Numbered from the stretch's first letter, positions 47,201 to 59,872 are shown. The stretch: DNA of 64,000 nucleotides from Phoronis australis (GCA_002633005.1 NMRA01000006.1:851861-915860), one strand, 5' to 3'. Notes: a model not told the origin generated them from the letters alone. Translations and numbers: made by a program.

Positions 47201-50200
47201 CCATTAAACGTCGTTTTAAGGAGTTTAAACAAGACCATTTTCATTTTTTCTTGCAATATTCCCTCAGGCAATTTCGTCACGTGTGCTTAAATCAACCCGA
47301 ATCTGTTTTGAGTTAAAAGCACAATTGTAACTGATGAGGAAGACAAAGTAAAAATTATCTGAATGACAGTATTTTTAGACTAATTACAGAAAAGTCATGA
47401 AAGTGGGGGTGAAATGAACAATTCAAATGGAGCTCGAGGGTACTTAGCAAAGCGGACCGTAAATCAAGAAACGCAGAACTATAAGTTTGACATTTGTGCA
47501 CAAAAAGAGTTTCCCATAATCCTGGCGGCAACAAACGAAGGTGGCATGAAATTTGAAATGGAAGTTGTTGAAATCGACCGATATGCACCAGAAAACAAGT
47601 ATGTTCTACTCCCAAATTCTACTTTGTACCAACCGTTAGCGGATGCCCTACTAACCAATATAATCACAAATGTCACATCAAATGTAAATCCACCAACAAT
47701 AAGAGTTATGCGAATGTTGACCTCACTCTTCGCGTCATTCTCTATGTTCGTGTTACGAGAAATTAGTAGTTCTAGTAGTGACACACTTTATTCACAATAC
47801 ACATTAGCAAATACAAATTAAAATATTCCGAGTTTACGGAGACTCAGTGCATACGTGGTACGTACTCAGTTTATCTGTCTTCCCAAACGTTGCTCTTTCA
47901 ACACTTAAGTGTTTTCAAAACAACCAAAGTTAATACGGAACCTTGATAATATTTTTGAATTTCTGGTGGCGTAACAACAAAATGGCAGTTGAACAACATT
48001 GAATTTCGCTTTTTATGAATCGACAGTAAAAAACAAAAGCATACAAGGCTGTAATTTCCGAAACGCCGTTATTTTAATGGAATTTCTCGATTGATAAAAC
48101 ACTTTATGAGTTCTAAACTTAGGAAATGTCTTTAAAAGCATTGAGGAAGTCATTGGACACTTCGTTTGCAGTGCCAACTATCATTTACTAACGAGCGGCA
48201 ACTGTTTTGCCTGTGCTGTATATGAGATAGGTTGGGATGGCGGCTTTATAGTATTATACATAATTTTGCATAAAAAACAAAGGTAAATATTTGGTACAAG
48301 GATCAGCCAAAAATCAAAACTTATGAGATAATTGGATTCCAAGTTGTTAAAATTATACATACGGTGAAACAACTCTTTGAATTACTGTACATTCATTGAA
48401 TGACATGTTCAGAGATTTCCACGCAGCAACAAAAAATACGACCTGAGATTGGCTCGGTTTTGTTATCACTAAAATGAATGATGCTGCACGTGGCAACCAC
48501 TGGACGTATGAATTACCGCCACAAATGGCTGAATCAAAAATAAACCTGACTATACCAAGAACAACAAAAAATATTTTCTTAACCCAAGACTTCTTAGGTA
48601 AGCCACTGGTTTGCTTCTATGAGTTCACGTGAATGGACTAGCGTTGAGACGGACTGGTCAATCAGTTTGAAGAGCCAATCGATGGAACATTGGCCTACAA
48701 AATCTTAACTCATACTAAAAGTAAGCAAATGGCTCGGATGGCTTCTGCTTCATTTATTGAGTCGATTACTGAACATTTATTCGTTAGTTTTGTCAATATA
48801 AAAAATAATAACACCAAGCTGAAGCTCTTTCAAAGCTATGGGGACCTCCGTGCATTGGTGCTACACATACAACTAGTCCCACATAATCAAAGAAATTAAA
48901 CCTGTGCAACTGGACTATGGTACTTACTAAAATCCTTATGCTCTTGGGAACAGTGCTATAGACCATATCTCGCGAGAACACAGCGGTAAGCTCCACCTGT
49001 CCCGCCAGACCAATCATTCAACCGTTCCTCAAGAAGGGAGCGGGACACTCCCAGGAGTTAAAGGATGTCAGTAAGTACCAGAGTCCATCTGAACAGATTA
49101 TGAACTTTCCTGGATGGATAGAGATTTACATTTCAAGGTAAGCCTAAACACGTATATACTGTACATACATACACACAGTCAAGACACATAAACAGATAGA
49201 CAAACATGCATTCCCCTATGTAAACGTACAAACATGCACACAGATAATCCCACATGCAGGCCTGCATACTACTACATGCAGACCTGCATACCTACATGTA
49301 GCCTTGGTACAAAGCTGTATACTAAATATATAGCGTTGCGCCGATGTGGGTAAAAAAGTGGTAAGATAAATCAAAATTAGTGTCATTAAAAACTACAGTC
49401 TTCCTTGAGTATATAAGATTATTTAACGGTGTTGGAAAAATGGCGTTCTACCGTTATTCTGCAGTGGCGGATCTAGGATATCACAAGGGGGGGGCGAACA
49501 TTTGTCTGTAAACATTTGCGCAAAGCACGATTGTAGATGCGCATAGCACCCAATGGGGGGAGGTCGGGAAATTTTTCTGTTTTTTCCTCTAAAAATCAAG
49601 CATTTTCCTTGATTCCCGAAGTATTATCCAAGAAAAAAGGCAAAAAGAAAAGAAAAAAAAAAAAACACGAAGAAAGTGTCAAACAGGAAAAACTGCATGT
49701 ACTTCAGACTCGAAATCACGACCTGACGGATAGAGCGCGCGTGCTTTACCACTGCACCACCACGATTTAACTCCTAATTAGCTACTAAATGACCTACTTG
49801 TTTATGGTCCACAGCGCGCGAAACCTTCTTCTTTTTGTAATGTTTATTACACTTTTTACATTTTGTGCAATCAGTTCGTAACAGATTTGTTGTATTTAAA
49901 ATAGTCTTCAATTGCCCAAAAGACCAAATCCGTTATTTTGTGTTGGCATTAATGACGCGATTGCTTTGGAAATCGTGTTAAGGTTTGACAAAGAGAGAAT
50001 TATGAGTTTCTGAGTGTTTCACTAAGGCTTCGATTAAAATTCACATCTTACCAGCAGCTTCTGTTTTTTCATCGTCACTCAGATTCCATTTTCTTTAAAA
50101 AATGAAGTAATTTTCTTCATTGCACATTGAAGCAGACGACGGAAACGGAGTCGTAGAGCGCAGCGCCACTGCTGGTCGCCTGGGATATCGCGGGAGAGCC

Positions 50201-53200
50201 TATACTTAGCCATAGCTCCTTTACGATTGAGCCGTGTTCCAAATTTGACACTTGAAATTGGATCTGAGCCCCCCCCCACCAAACACACTAAAACTGCACA
50301 CATTTCAATCTTGTTTCCGCCGTTATGTTAATTACCGGAGTTAATTGATAAACTCAACATTTCCCTACGCTCTTGCTGTTTCATTTTTTGCGGTTTCATT
50401 TTTTTTGCGGCAGCCAAGGGGGGGGGGGGAGGAGGCCGGGCCCCCTAAACCCGCCTATGTTCTGTTGCTAAAGTTATATGGAGCGATCTTTAGCGACGGC
50501 TTTCGGCGCCATGAAATATTGCGTCACCTATTGGGCAGTTTCTTTTTTCGCTGATTCTTTCAACTGTTGTTCTTTCACGAGGTTGCGTACACTTCACAAC
50601 AAATTATCGGAACTGGTTTCATTTCATTATAATTTTTTTTAGAATTTTGATACCGAAAAACCGAATTTCAGGAGAAATTTTGCTGCTGGTAAGTTATCAT
50701 CATCTCCCGAGAGATGTCGCAAAAATTTAGGAAATGGCGCGTGTGCGTCACGAGCGTACTGTTTTCAATACGACGACATAACTTTTCTTTGTTAGAAAAA
50801 GCGGAAGATTACGCAAGAAAATGACGTTTATTAGATTGTTTTCCACTTAAACGGCTGTAACGGGCAAGGTGAGTGTCATTTGATTTCCAGATTTTACATG
50901 CACCCTGTCCGTTGATACAGGTTTCACGGCGAGTTGACGAGCAGAACTACCCTGGCTGTGTGCTAATTTCGGGGTCTGTGGAAGAAAAACACATAGTGGT
51001 ACCTAGCTGTATGTTGACGATAGTCTTCCTACAGCTAGCTGGCTGGCTAACCAACATACACGCATATGAACAAGTAAAAATGAATGGTGAAACTGTCAAT
51101 TTTGTCCCAGACTGCAAAGACTTATAAAATATTTTTAAGGAGGAAATATTGAGGGAAACGAGTTTAAATCATCCTTATTAAAGTAGCATTAAACCCGTGA
51201 TGTCTGTCAAAAAGTTTTGATTTAGGCCACTTGCCGCTTTAAAATTGGTCAAACATTGTTCCTTAATACTAGCGTAAGGGATCTCTGGGCTCGCCGGGAC
51301 CTGTAATTGTATGAGGTGGTGACAGACTGTTGGTTCCTTACAAGCCCACAAACCACACCTATTTTGAATAAAGAATAATCTGAGACCAATTTCAATATGC
51401 TAAGGTGCATTAACAAAACTTTTTTTGACAACAAGCAAGACTTAAATACCACTTTAAGGTTGTTCGACACAATTTTATTATTCATTGATTTTTTTTGAAC
51501 ATTTTATACATTGTTTTCTTGGTATTTGTCTACTACAAATCTGCAACTATGGGGGGTAATGCATTAGTTTTTCCATTACAGCCGCCTAAACAAAAGTACC
51601 CCTGGCACAAAAGTGAAATTTACATGATCTACTGAAAATCCAATAATTATATTAATTTCGTTGTACGATGTTAATTTCATGTTTATAACTGCTTTAATTA
51701 TATTTCCCGGTTAATCGATTTTCTTTTGTTTTTGATTTTGAAAGCCTCAAAGTTTTGCGTTCCGGCTTCTGCTCAAAAAGTTGCACCATTAACTATCTTG
51801 ATGACAACCATGCTTTCCATAAAATAAAAAAGATAGGGGTTATGGATTTCGATTTTTAGCTATTTTAGGTCAAACAGTATCACATTAGAATGCGCACGCA
51901 ATCTGACCAGGACACTGACCTGCCAAATAAATGCTTACACGAGACGATACCAACTCACTTATGATGTTGCCTTTGTTTTTCATCAGTTTAGGACGTGGTG
52001 TGAATTTCATGAGTCGAAAGGGACTCCAAAACAGGAACACACCGTAAGTTTATCTGTAAAAAGGAACGTTTAATGGCATTCACGTTCGACAACCATTTTG
52101 TATAACATCGCGAAAAATAAAAAATAATCTTCAAAAATGAATTATTTAATGTTCCAAAAATTCGATGTAATGTGAAAAAATAAGTTGAAACCGCTGAGTC
52201 GAAAGTATAGGTAAAACCCATAAAATATCTCAAAATACCTCAAATGTGAAAGATTCACCTGAAACAAATGCTGGGACTGCAAAATAATCACAAGGCTTGG
52301 AGGAACTCTACTGCTAAACACTTGTGAAAGATCGACCCCTTGACGTGAGGCAGCGTCGGTGCCTTTAACATTACGTAAACACCTAAAGGCAGCGCTAAAT
52401 ATTTATAGCAACACCTTACATAATGTTTATTTCAGCTCTCATTAAAGGTTGTTTAGAAACTTTTGCAATTCGGATTACCTTGAACTATGGTCCAAGCCTT
52501 GGGCAACAAGGCAACGCGTCAGTTATGAGGCGGGTCACAGGTGGCCGTGATTGACAGCTGGACGTGCGTCAGTTTGATAAGCTATTTGAGGTCTTCAGCT
52601 TTTAATACACCACGCTGATGTGCACTGACTTCACAAAATCGATGTTGATGAACAGAAACGTCAAATTAAACTGAATAACTCGATGAAGCAAATAAGTTTC
52701 TGTTAAATTTTACTATATGTGTCCTCAGTCATGTGAACCACAGAAAGTAGACTGATTTCGATCGTTATAACAGGTGGTCTTGACCATGGGAACACAAATC
52801 CACGGTGGCAATAGACACATCTATTATACATTGAGTAGCAACGCACTGAAACTTGATTAAAACAGTATGTTTTGAGCATCACTAAGAGCACAGCAATGCA
52901 ATGAATTGCTAAATGCTAGGAACGCTTAGGCTTATCGAGTGTCCTTACGTACTTTTCTATTCAGACCCCATTCAATACAATTAATTTCGGCCTTTCATTA
53001 TTTGTCCTTTGTTGTGGCAGTGACGCAATAAACATAGAACGAAAAGGCCACTTCATTTATCATTTTATGAGCCTACGTTGATAACCGAACTTGTACAACT
53101 GAAATAACGAAAGCCCGTTCAATCAAGACTTTAAACGATTGCAGCGCCCACCAGTTTTTCGAGTGTATTCGACAAAAGGGGCCCAGTTGAAGGAACACAT

Positions 53201-54963
53201 CATTTTCGTAGGGCTTTAAACAACATCCTTTTTAGGTGCTAATTTCAGAAACCTAACGCAGATGTCATTTAATCCGTAAGTGGTAGGTCGACGGATGGTT
53301 ACGAGCTGATAGAGAGCGACAAGTTGAGCCGTCTGCCAAAAGTGAATCATAGCTATTCGTCTGCGCTGGCCTTTTGTTGGTATCATCAGTGCGGGGTTTC
53401 ACGTTGTCACAAGTAACAAGTTCAGATGCTCTAGTAAGCTAATTCTCAGCACAAATGAGAGTGGAGGAAATTAACTCCAGTTGTCTGGATTTGATTTTTT
53501 AGTATCCGTTGGTGGTCTCGGAAGTAGGCCGCGTTTCCGTATACCTATAAGATGTGTAGGGTTTCTAGAAAATACTTTTTGTAAGTACTTGGGGGAGCCA
53601 ACTTTATTTTTATACTTTTTAATAAATTTACCAGCATGTTTTCAAAATCTAAAAAGTTGAGAGTGTTTTCATGCAGCCAATTTTTTAAATCCTACAGTTA
53701 AGAGCTGTATAAATGCGTATTACAGGATTGGCTTTTATCGTTGTAATGTTTGTTATTATCAGTTTTATGAGTTTGACTGTTGCCTATTAGATGTCTAATA
53801 AATCAGCGTTAACTCACAGTGCCTGTATTTATTTGTGTACCTCTGGTAGGACTTTGCATGGGATTTACATGATGGTTCGCTTGGATTTTAGCTAAGAACC
53901 TTACTTACTACCTCCTAGATTTTAAGTGAATTAATTTTTATAGTTTCCCTTTCCATTGCCACGGCACAACACGATTTAAAGACCTGGTAACATCTGAGAT
54001 CACCAATTGAAAAAAGGTTTCATGTATGTTGATGAAAGACCACGGCCTGAGGCAAGCAATGACCTACAGAGTCCACCAGGAAAATACAAAAATATGATCA
54101 GCAGTGCACAAGTACCCAGTTTCAACGTCTCAAGAATTATTTGCAGCCGCGTGGAATTATTTGCAGCCTCATGCCCGCTGTCACAAGTGGCACTGTGACT
54201 GTAAACTCTTGCGTGGTTATGATTAGGTAATGGTGCATGCCCAGGAAATACTCGACTTTAATTTTGACGGAAGGTGCAGCTGGAAAATTAGAATTTCCAG
54301 CTATTTATTGAGTGGTATCGAAAAAGGACCCATTTGTAAGGAGCTTTCATAAACCTAGCCAGCCAGCTAACACACGGTATTCTCGGACACCTTTTAAAAT
54401 TAAGAATTAGTGCGGAAACATTAAGCACACGGGATGCCTTTTTGGAATGGAACTTCAAAAAGATATTGAATGTTAAATCCATTCTTTTAGCATTTAAAAG
54501 GAGCTGTGACGACAATGGTTACAACACGGCCGTGGGGATGTTGATGATGACAACGGGGATTATGATAAATGATGTATGGTGTCTATGGCGATGATGATGA
54601 CGACATTATCACAGCAGACGGTGATAATTATTGTAACACCTGTGTTGTATCGATTATGTGTAATGGTGATGATGACGATGACCATGAAGATTGTAGCAAT
54701 GGTGGCGGGGATATTAATTATGATGATGACAATAATGAGGGTGAAGATGATGGTGATGATGATGGTGGTGATGATGGTGATTATGATGATGATGGTGATG
54801 ATGATGATGTTGATGATGTTGATGATGATGGTGGTGATGATGATAATGATGATGATGATGATGATGATGGTGTTGATGATGTTGATGATGATGGTGGTGA
54901 TGATGATGATGATGATCATGATGATGGTGTTGATGATGTTGCTGATGATGATGATGATGGTGT

Positions 54964-55007
<44 letters not shown>

Positions 55008-55041
55008 GTGTTGATGATAATGATGATGATGATGGTGTTGA

Positions 55042-55073
<32 letters not shown>

Positions 55074-55856
55074 ATGCTTACTGGGATGATGATGGGACAA
55101 ATATAAAATTGAAACTAATTAATGCACACAAATTTGTTAAGTAAACATGGTGGAAAAAGACATTTTTATACTTCATAAAAAGGTAACTATTTTTCCAAAC
55201 GGCTACGTTGAGGACAATGTTTATCAAAGTGAACTTGTAATTTCTCACGACTCATTAATATAATGACGACAATGAATACACAATGTCGTTGTTGCTTGGC
55301 CTCATTATCGAATTTCATAAAAAATCACTATTAGCATCTTAGCATACGAGGTAACCATCAAACTAAAAGAAAACGAAGATATCTTGCATGCGGGTGACAC
55401 CTATCCACAACCATAAGATAATTAGTTGTTCGCACTTGGGGTTTAAAGACATTGAAAGATTTAAAATACATGTCTGACCACACTCAGCAGCGGTTAGTAG
55501 CCTCTGGGTCTATTGAAACAACACATTCCAGTAGTAAAGTGCAGAGGCATGAGCTGTACCAGAGTACAAATGACACGAATTACTATTAACTGTATTTTAT
55601 GATAATTACATGAAATTGACTAGGTTTTGGTTACCAGCCTTCCGACAAAACTGTCTCTGCAAACCCGGGTCCTCCGATAATGTCATGCAACTGTACACAT
55701 GAAGATATAAACGTTACTGAAAGTAGTCCCAATATTGCGGTCAAAACAAAACGCCAGGTTCAAGGTGTACTTACTTCGCTTCGATTTGCTGTTATTACCA
55801 CACGTAACCAAATCGACGAGTGTCAGACATAAAAGAACGTAATCCAAATACAGCAT
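41714..55856 (-). CDS. RSPO: R-spondin gene, 5 coding exons, 292 aa
   Basis: Exons 55856-55775 (signal peptide and KSKR), 44741-44556 (furin-like 1), 43441-43292 (furin-like 2), 42488-42303 (TSP1) and 41988-41714 (basic tail, TGA). All introns are phase 1 and GT-AG, matching the one-domain-per-exon RSPO layout. The vertebrate paralogue (RSPO1-4) cannot be assigned. Confidence 0.93.
42303..42488 (-). CDS. RSPO: R-spondin thrombospondin type-1 exon
   Basis: DCLVSSWSQWSYCARNGKTCGYKYGQTSRTRAVVQLPSPNGKRCPVTSEKKCCEMAMQSCV, with WSxWSxC motif; gtgagt donor. Confidence 0.95.
42845..43234. mobile_element. MITE family B copy 2, internally deleted, in an R-spondin intron
   Basis: ccatagac...atctatgg ends; shares ggacgaaatctgtgatcttac, cttccggcaagt and ggagttgtgaatctgttgtct with copy 1. 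Confidence 0.7.
43292..43441 (-). CDS. RSPO: R-spondin furin-like repeat 2 exon (absent from the ORF track)
   Basis: CRIENCEACFHKNYCTHCLPPYLAYSGRCIDKCPEGFIYANYSRECVEN; tttag acceptor, gtaagt donor. Confidence 0.95.
44207..44290 (+). repeat. (TA)n/(CA)n microsatellite ending at an N
   Basis: Directly visible; N at 44287. Confidence 0.95.
44556..44741 (-). CDS. RSPO: R-spondin furin-like repeat 1 exon
   Basis: LTGPLCPQGCTACSPINGCITCRKDLFLLLHRDGMRQTGMCTHACPVGYYGIRREGFSKCY; cttacag acceptor, gtaagt donor. Confidence 0.95.
45564..46270 (+). mobile_element. 5'-truncated L1/Tx1-like retrotransposon with polyA tail and 8-bp TSD
   Basis: TNSLLYKMKIVNSDKCHYC...NTEHMFSHCDVVQRL (zf-RVT-like); AATAAA then A-tail at 46262-46271; AGTTGAGC at 45556-45563 and 46271-46278. 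Confidence 0.82.
46596..46708 (+). repeat. Compound trinucleotide microsatellite (CAT/CGT/TAT)
   Basis: Directly visible. Confidence 0.9.
49462..50459. mobile_element. Nested hAT-like non-autonomous element of about 1 kb with 5-bp TSD
   Basis: Ends cagtggcggatctagg / cctaaacccgcctatg; TTCTG at 49457-49461 and 50460-50464; empty site visible in the other family C copies. Confidence 0.75.
49700..49764 (-). other. tRNA-derived (SINE-head-like) segment, not an intact tRNA
   Basis: Minus strand gtggtgcagtggtaaagcacgcgcg...gtcgtgatttcgagtc has A-box-like and degenerate B-box-like motifs; no acceptor stem. Confidence 0.5.
54560..55095 (+). repeat. Long imperfect (GAT)n microsatellite in R-spondin intron 1
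   Basis: About 500 bp of GAT/GGT/GTT triplets; explains the poly-D, poly-M, poly-H and poly-I ORFs. Confidence 0.95.
55775..55856 (-). CDS. RSPO: R-spondin first coding exon (signal peptide)
   Basis: MLYLDYVLLCLTLVDLVTCGNNSKSKR then |gtaagt; phase 1 fits the furin-like 1 exon. A polypyrimidine acceptor at 56009-56010 implies a 5' UTR part 55857-56008 and an upstream non-coding exon. Confidence 0.82.
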
Positions 55857-57779
55857 AGTTCATGGTTAAAACGCCAACAGGTCTAACCCATGGTGTCAAG
55901 TCCAAACGTCCGATTCTTGTCAGCCTTATTGGCCTCCCATCTTGGCCATTAATACTCCATTTGTAACATAAGTTCTATTCTTCTCGGCACAACTCCTTGT
56001 ACGCAAGCCTATACATGAAAAGAGAAAATGAATTAAGTCACTCTTCATGTACTATATTTTGCCGAAAATAGTAATAAAGACTACCTCAATCCACATTCAA
56101 ATATAGTTGTAATAACTTAACAAATGACTAAAGAAAAGAGCTATTCAGCTGTGAGATTGGCTATTGTGTTTTTGTTGAGGGAACCGTCTACTTGACACCC
56201 CTACTTCGGATTACTTCACTCGCCAAGCTCAATGCGATTTACCGTTAGGGAAGTACGTATTATTTCAAATGTAGGTAGAGCGGAGGCAAATATTATGTTG
56301 TTTTTTTCAAGTCACGACTTTTTGAACCCCAGTAAACGGAATGAGTTCGGTCACTAAACTGTTTATTTAGACCGCTTGCCGTTATAAAAAATGGTCTGTG
56401 CAAGTCAAATAAGAATCGATTTCCACGCTTGGAAAGAACTAGTGACAATTTATTATGTCTTGTGGACATGCTCGGCGCAAATATGTCCCACTGTGACAAA
56501 CGCGTTACGTGTAGAGCATCATCTCAACCAACAACGAACCGTCACTTCTTTCTAAGCCCACGAACCAGTCTTTTAAGGAACAACTCGAGACAAGATTAAC
56601 ATTATAAATGCAAAAATAATATCTAATCTTGTATATATCACAGAAAATTCGTGGTACAGTTGTACAAATAGACTTTTTGTACATACGGTAATCATTTTAA
56701 AATAGTGGCTATGAGTCAATTGTCTCAGTCATGTGGCCTTAAATCTATGGGACAATTTTTTATAGCTATGGGTCACGATAGTCGAATCTCTGCCCCTTTC
56801 AGAGATTCGAATTTTGGTTGTGGGGGTCACAGTGCAATGTGAATATGCGTGATTTCGTCTGCATCTTCAGTGCGTTACGTGATTAGATATTGGTATCATT
56901 CAAGACAAAATCGGTCGAAATTACGGCAGTTTTATTACGACCACTGGCCCGAGTTAAGCAATTATAGTTCGCCAATGAATGTTTTATGCGACAATGGCAT
57001 GGACGCTTGCCTAATATATGGTATATAGAAACATGTGTACTCATCTATGTACAGATATACATAAAATGTTTTAATATCCAATCATAATGCTTGTGGGATT
57101 CTTGTGAAACGTTCACACATTATGCTTTAAGCACTGTTCTCCAAAAGCTTGTTATAAATTGCCTTTAAATTTATCCTCTTTCGAATGAGGGCTGTAAAAA
57201 TAGGATTTTATCGTTATTATTTTTATGAAAAAATTAAAAACCGTATAAAAGTAAAACAAATTGATAACTTAAAAAATTAACAGTGTTTTTAGGATATTAT
57301 CAAGATTATATCAAAACAAAATTTGATCATGTTACTGATACCCTTATTTTGCTATGATTATTTTTCCTAAAAAGGCATAGTCACGGCACAATTGTAGTAA
57401 AGTAAAAATCGAATTCTACCGGGTTTTTGTTTTCAGAAAATATATAGTTTTCTTGGTTTAAACTGTGCAGTTTTTTGATATTTTACTGACTGCACAAACT
57501 TATGGGGTCCTACATAAACATAAATGTTAATTTACCACCTTAATATTGGCTGTCGAACAATTACAACTGGACAAGAGACACTTACACAGCTAGTTAACGA
57601 TGTGGGTGAAAATTTGGAAACTTAGTGAAGCTCGCTTGTTCAGTGCACAATAACTCCATTTGTGGTCCTCTCGCAGCGAAACAAAATTTAGCAAATCCGG
57701 CCGCGAGCCAAGGTTTTTGCAACTCCGACATTCGAACGGCATTAGACAGTCAGCTGGCCTTGGTGCAATGCTGTACATG

Positions 57780-58507
57780 TCTAATATTCACGCAGACAAG
57801 AAGCGCGCTCCATAACGAGGCTCACTGCGATGCTCCGTTATACGGCTAATCGGCATAATTGTGTTCCGCGTTGCACGAAAGGCCATTGAAAAAATACGGA
57901 CATTCAACAGTCTTTTATACAATCCTTAAAGACATTGAGATTCGGAAGCGTTGAGTCGCTGACATACGCCGCGACGAAGGAAAATATTTCTGCGTAAATC
58001 GATAATTTTTTTCGAAAGTTTGATCACATTTTATCGTACCTCGGTTGCCGACCATCACAGCGACGACCGGTGAATCTTCGGCCACCCAGGCTGTCTTTTT
58101 ATGACTACGGGTTGAAACATGATGCATTTCTCTCCAAAAAGGACAGGGCCCTCAATCCCTCGATTTCGGGGCCGACAATTGGCCCTATTCCCCTCTCAAA
58201 AATATTGAAAGCCATGCGAAATTCCCCCACGAGGCCTAAAAATTCCCTATTTCTCCTGGAAGTTCAAATCCCCTGTAACCACACAGGTGACAATTTGAAA
58301 CAGCACAAAAAGGTTACTTGAGAAAGACGCTATGAGAGCTTGCAATAGGGCGGGGGTGCTGTTAATAGAATTTCCCCCTCACTCGGGGAAAAATTCCCCT
58401 CTCAGAACTTGAGGCACAGGCACCTTTCTTCTTGGATGAACGCGGCCCCTCAGAGACACATGGTAACTATGCTTGCTCTGTTCAGTTAACTGAAATAGAA
58501 CTCTAAA
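57780..58507. mobile_element. Family A copy 2 (left part only)
   Basis: Shares gaaaaaatacggaca, cctgtaaccacacaggtgacaattt and taactatgcttgctctgt with 8240-9000. Confidence 0.75.
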
Positions 58508-58543
58508 ACGATATGTCTATGGTCCGCCGCTACAGCCAGCAAG

Positions 58544-59872
58544 TAGCCTTGGTGCAATGCCTGTATACTAAATATACAGCTTTGCGCCGGTGTGGGTAAA
58601 AAAACTGGCCAAATAAAACCTGACACAAAATTAGTGTCATTAAAAGCTATGCTCTTCCTTGAGTAAACTAAATTATTGACATGTGTTAGAAAAATGGGCG
58701 TGCTACCGTTATTCTACTGCTCAAAGTTATGGAGGCGATTTTGTTCGTCGGCTTTCTGCGCGATGAAATGTAGCGTCACCTATTGGCTGGTTTCTTTTTT
58801 TCGCCAACTCTTCATTCAACTGTTCTTTTTTCACGAGGTTGCGTACAAGTCACAACAAATTATGGGAACTGGATAAGTTTTTAGTATTTTAATACCAACG
58901 CATTTCAGAAAAACTTTACTGCTGCGAAGCTGCCATCATCTCCCGAGAGATGTCGCAAAAATTAATAAGAAATGGCGCGTTCGCGTGTCACGAGGGTATT
59001 GCTTTCAAAACTACGAAATTTCGAGATCTATCTAGCTGTATTTTGAAGATAGTCTTCATACAGCTAGCGTCAAACTACAGTTAGTAACCTCTTCGGAAAC
59101 TTATATCAACACGTAGAGCTAACGGCTGGGTGGGCGTTAACCGACACTCACCTTGCCAGTTACAACCGCATAAGTGAAAAACAATTTAATAAACGACATC
59201 TCCTTGCCTAATTTTTCGACTTTTGTAACAAAGAAAGTCTGTCGCCGACTTGAAAACAGTACGCTCGTGAAACGCGCGCGCACCTTTTGCCATTTTTGTG
59301 ACATATTTTGGCAGATTGTAACAGCTTCGGCTAAGCACTGAGAATTTTGTCTTAAATTCGATTCGCTGGTATCAAAACACAACAAACGTATAAAAACTGA
59401 AACTAGGTCCGGTAATTTGTTGTGACATGAACGCAACCTCGTGGAAGAAGAACGTAACCTCGTGGAAGAAGAACGTAACCTCGTGGAAGAACAGTTGATT
59501 AAAGAATTGGCTATGAAAGAAACTGGCCGAAAGCCGACGACGCATAAGATCACTTCACAAATTTAGCAGCAGAATAATGATAGAACGCCATTTTTTCTAA
59601 CACCCCTAAATAATTTAGTTTATTTAAGGAAGAGTGTAGGTTTTAATGCCACTAATTTTGCTTCAGATTTTACCTGTCCAATTTTTTAACCACATCGGTG
59701 CAAAACGGTAGCCTATGTATGTAGGCTTTGCTCCAAGACTAGAATGACACCTACCTTGTCCATTACGACCGTTAAAAAGAAATACAATGAATCTGATCAT
59801 AGAAAACAAGTACCATTTTTGATCCAAATCAGTGCAAATCTGCATCTTTGCGTAACTTAAGCACCAAGGCTA
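58544..59872. mobile_element. Family C non-autonomous DNA transposon with 12-bp TIR and long internal inverted arms
   Basis: TAGCCTTGGTGC at 58544 and GCACCAAGGCTA ending at 59872; 58570-59000 is a diverged reverse complement of 59270-59712. Confidence 0.78.
59428..59491 (+). repeat. 21-bp tandem repeat, 3 copies
   Basis: gaacgtaacctcgtggaagaa. Confidence 0.9.

Larger units (their letters stand above)
49299..51040. mobile_element. Family C DNA transposon copy interrupted by a nested element
   Basis: Starts tagccttggtac; collinear with 58544-59070 on both sides of the 49462-50459 insert. Confidence 0.75.

Noticed and set aside
49700-49764. tRNA gene
   Set aside because: No acceptor-stem pairing and a degenerate T-loop; lies inside a transposon, so kept only as tRNA-derived.
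54560-55144. Poly-Asp, poly-Met, poly-His and poly-Ile ORFs (for example an acidic biomineralisation protein)
   Set aside because: All are frames of one intronic (GAT)n microsatellite; no signal peptide or splice support.
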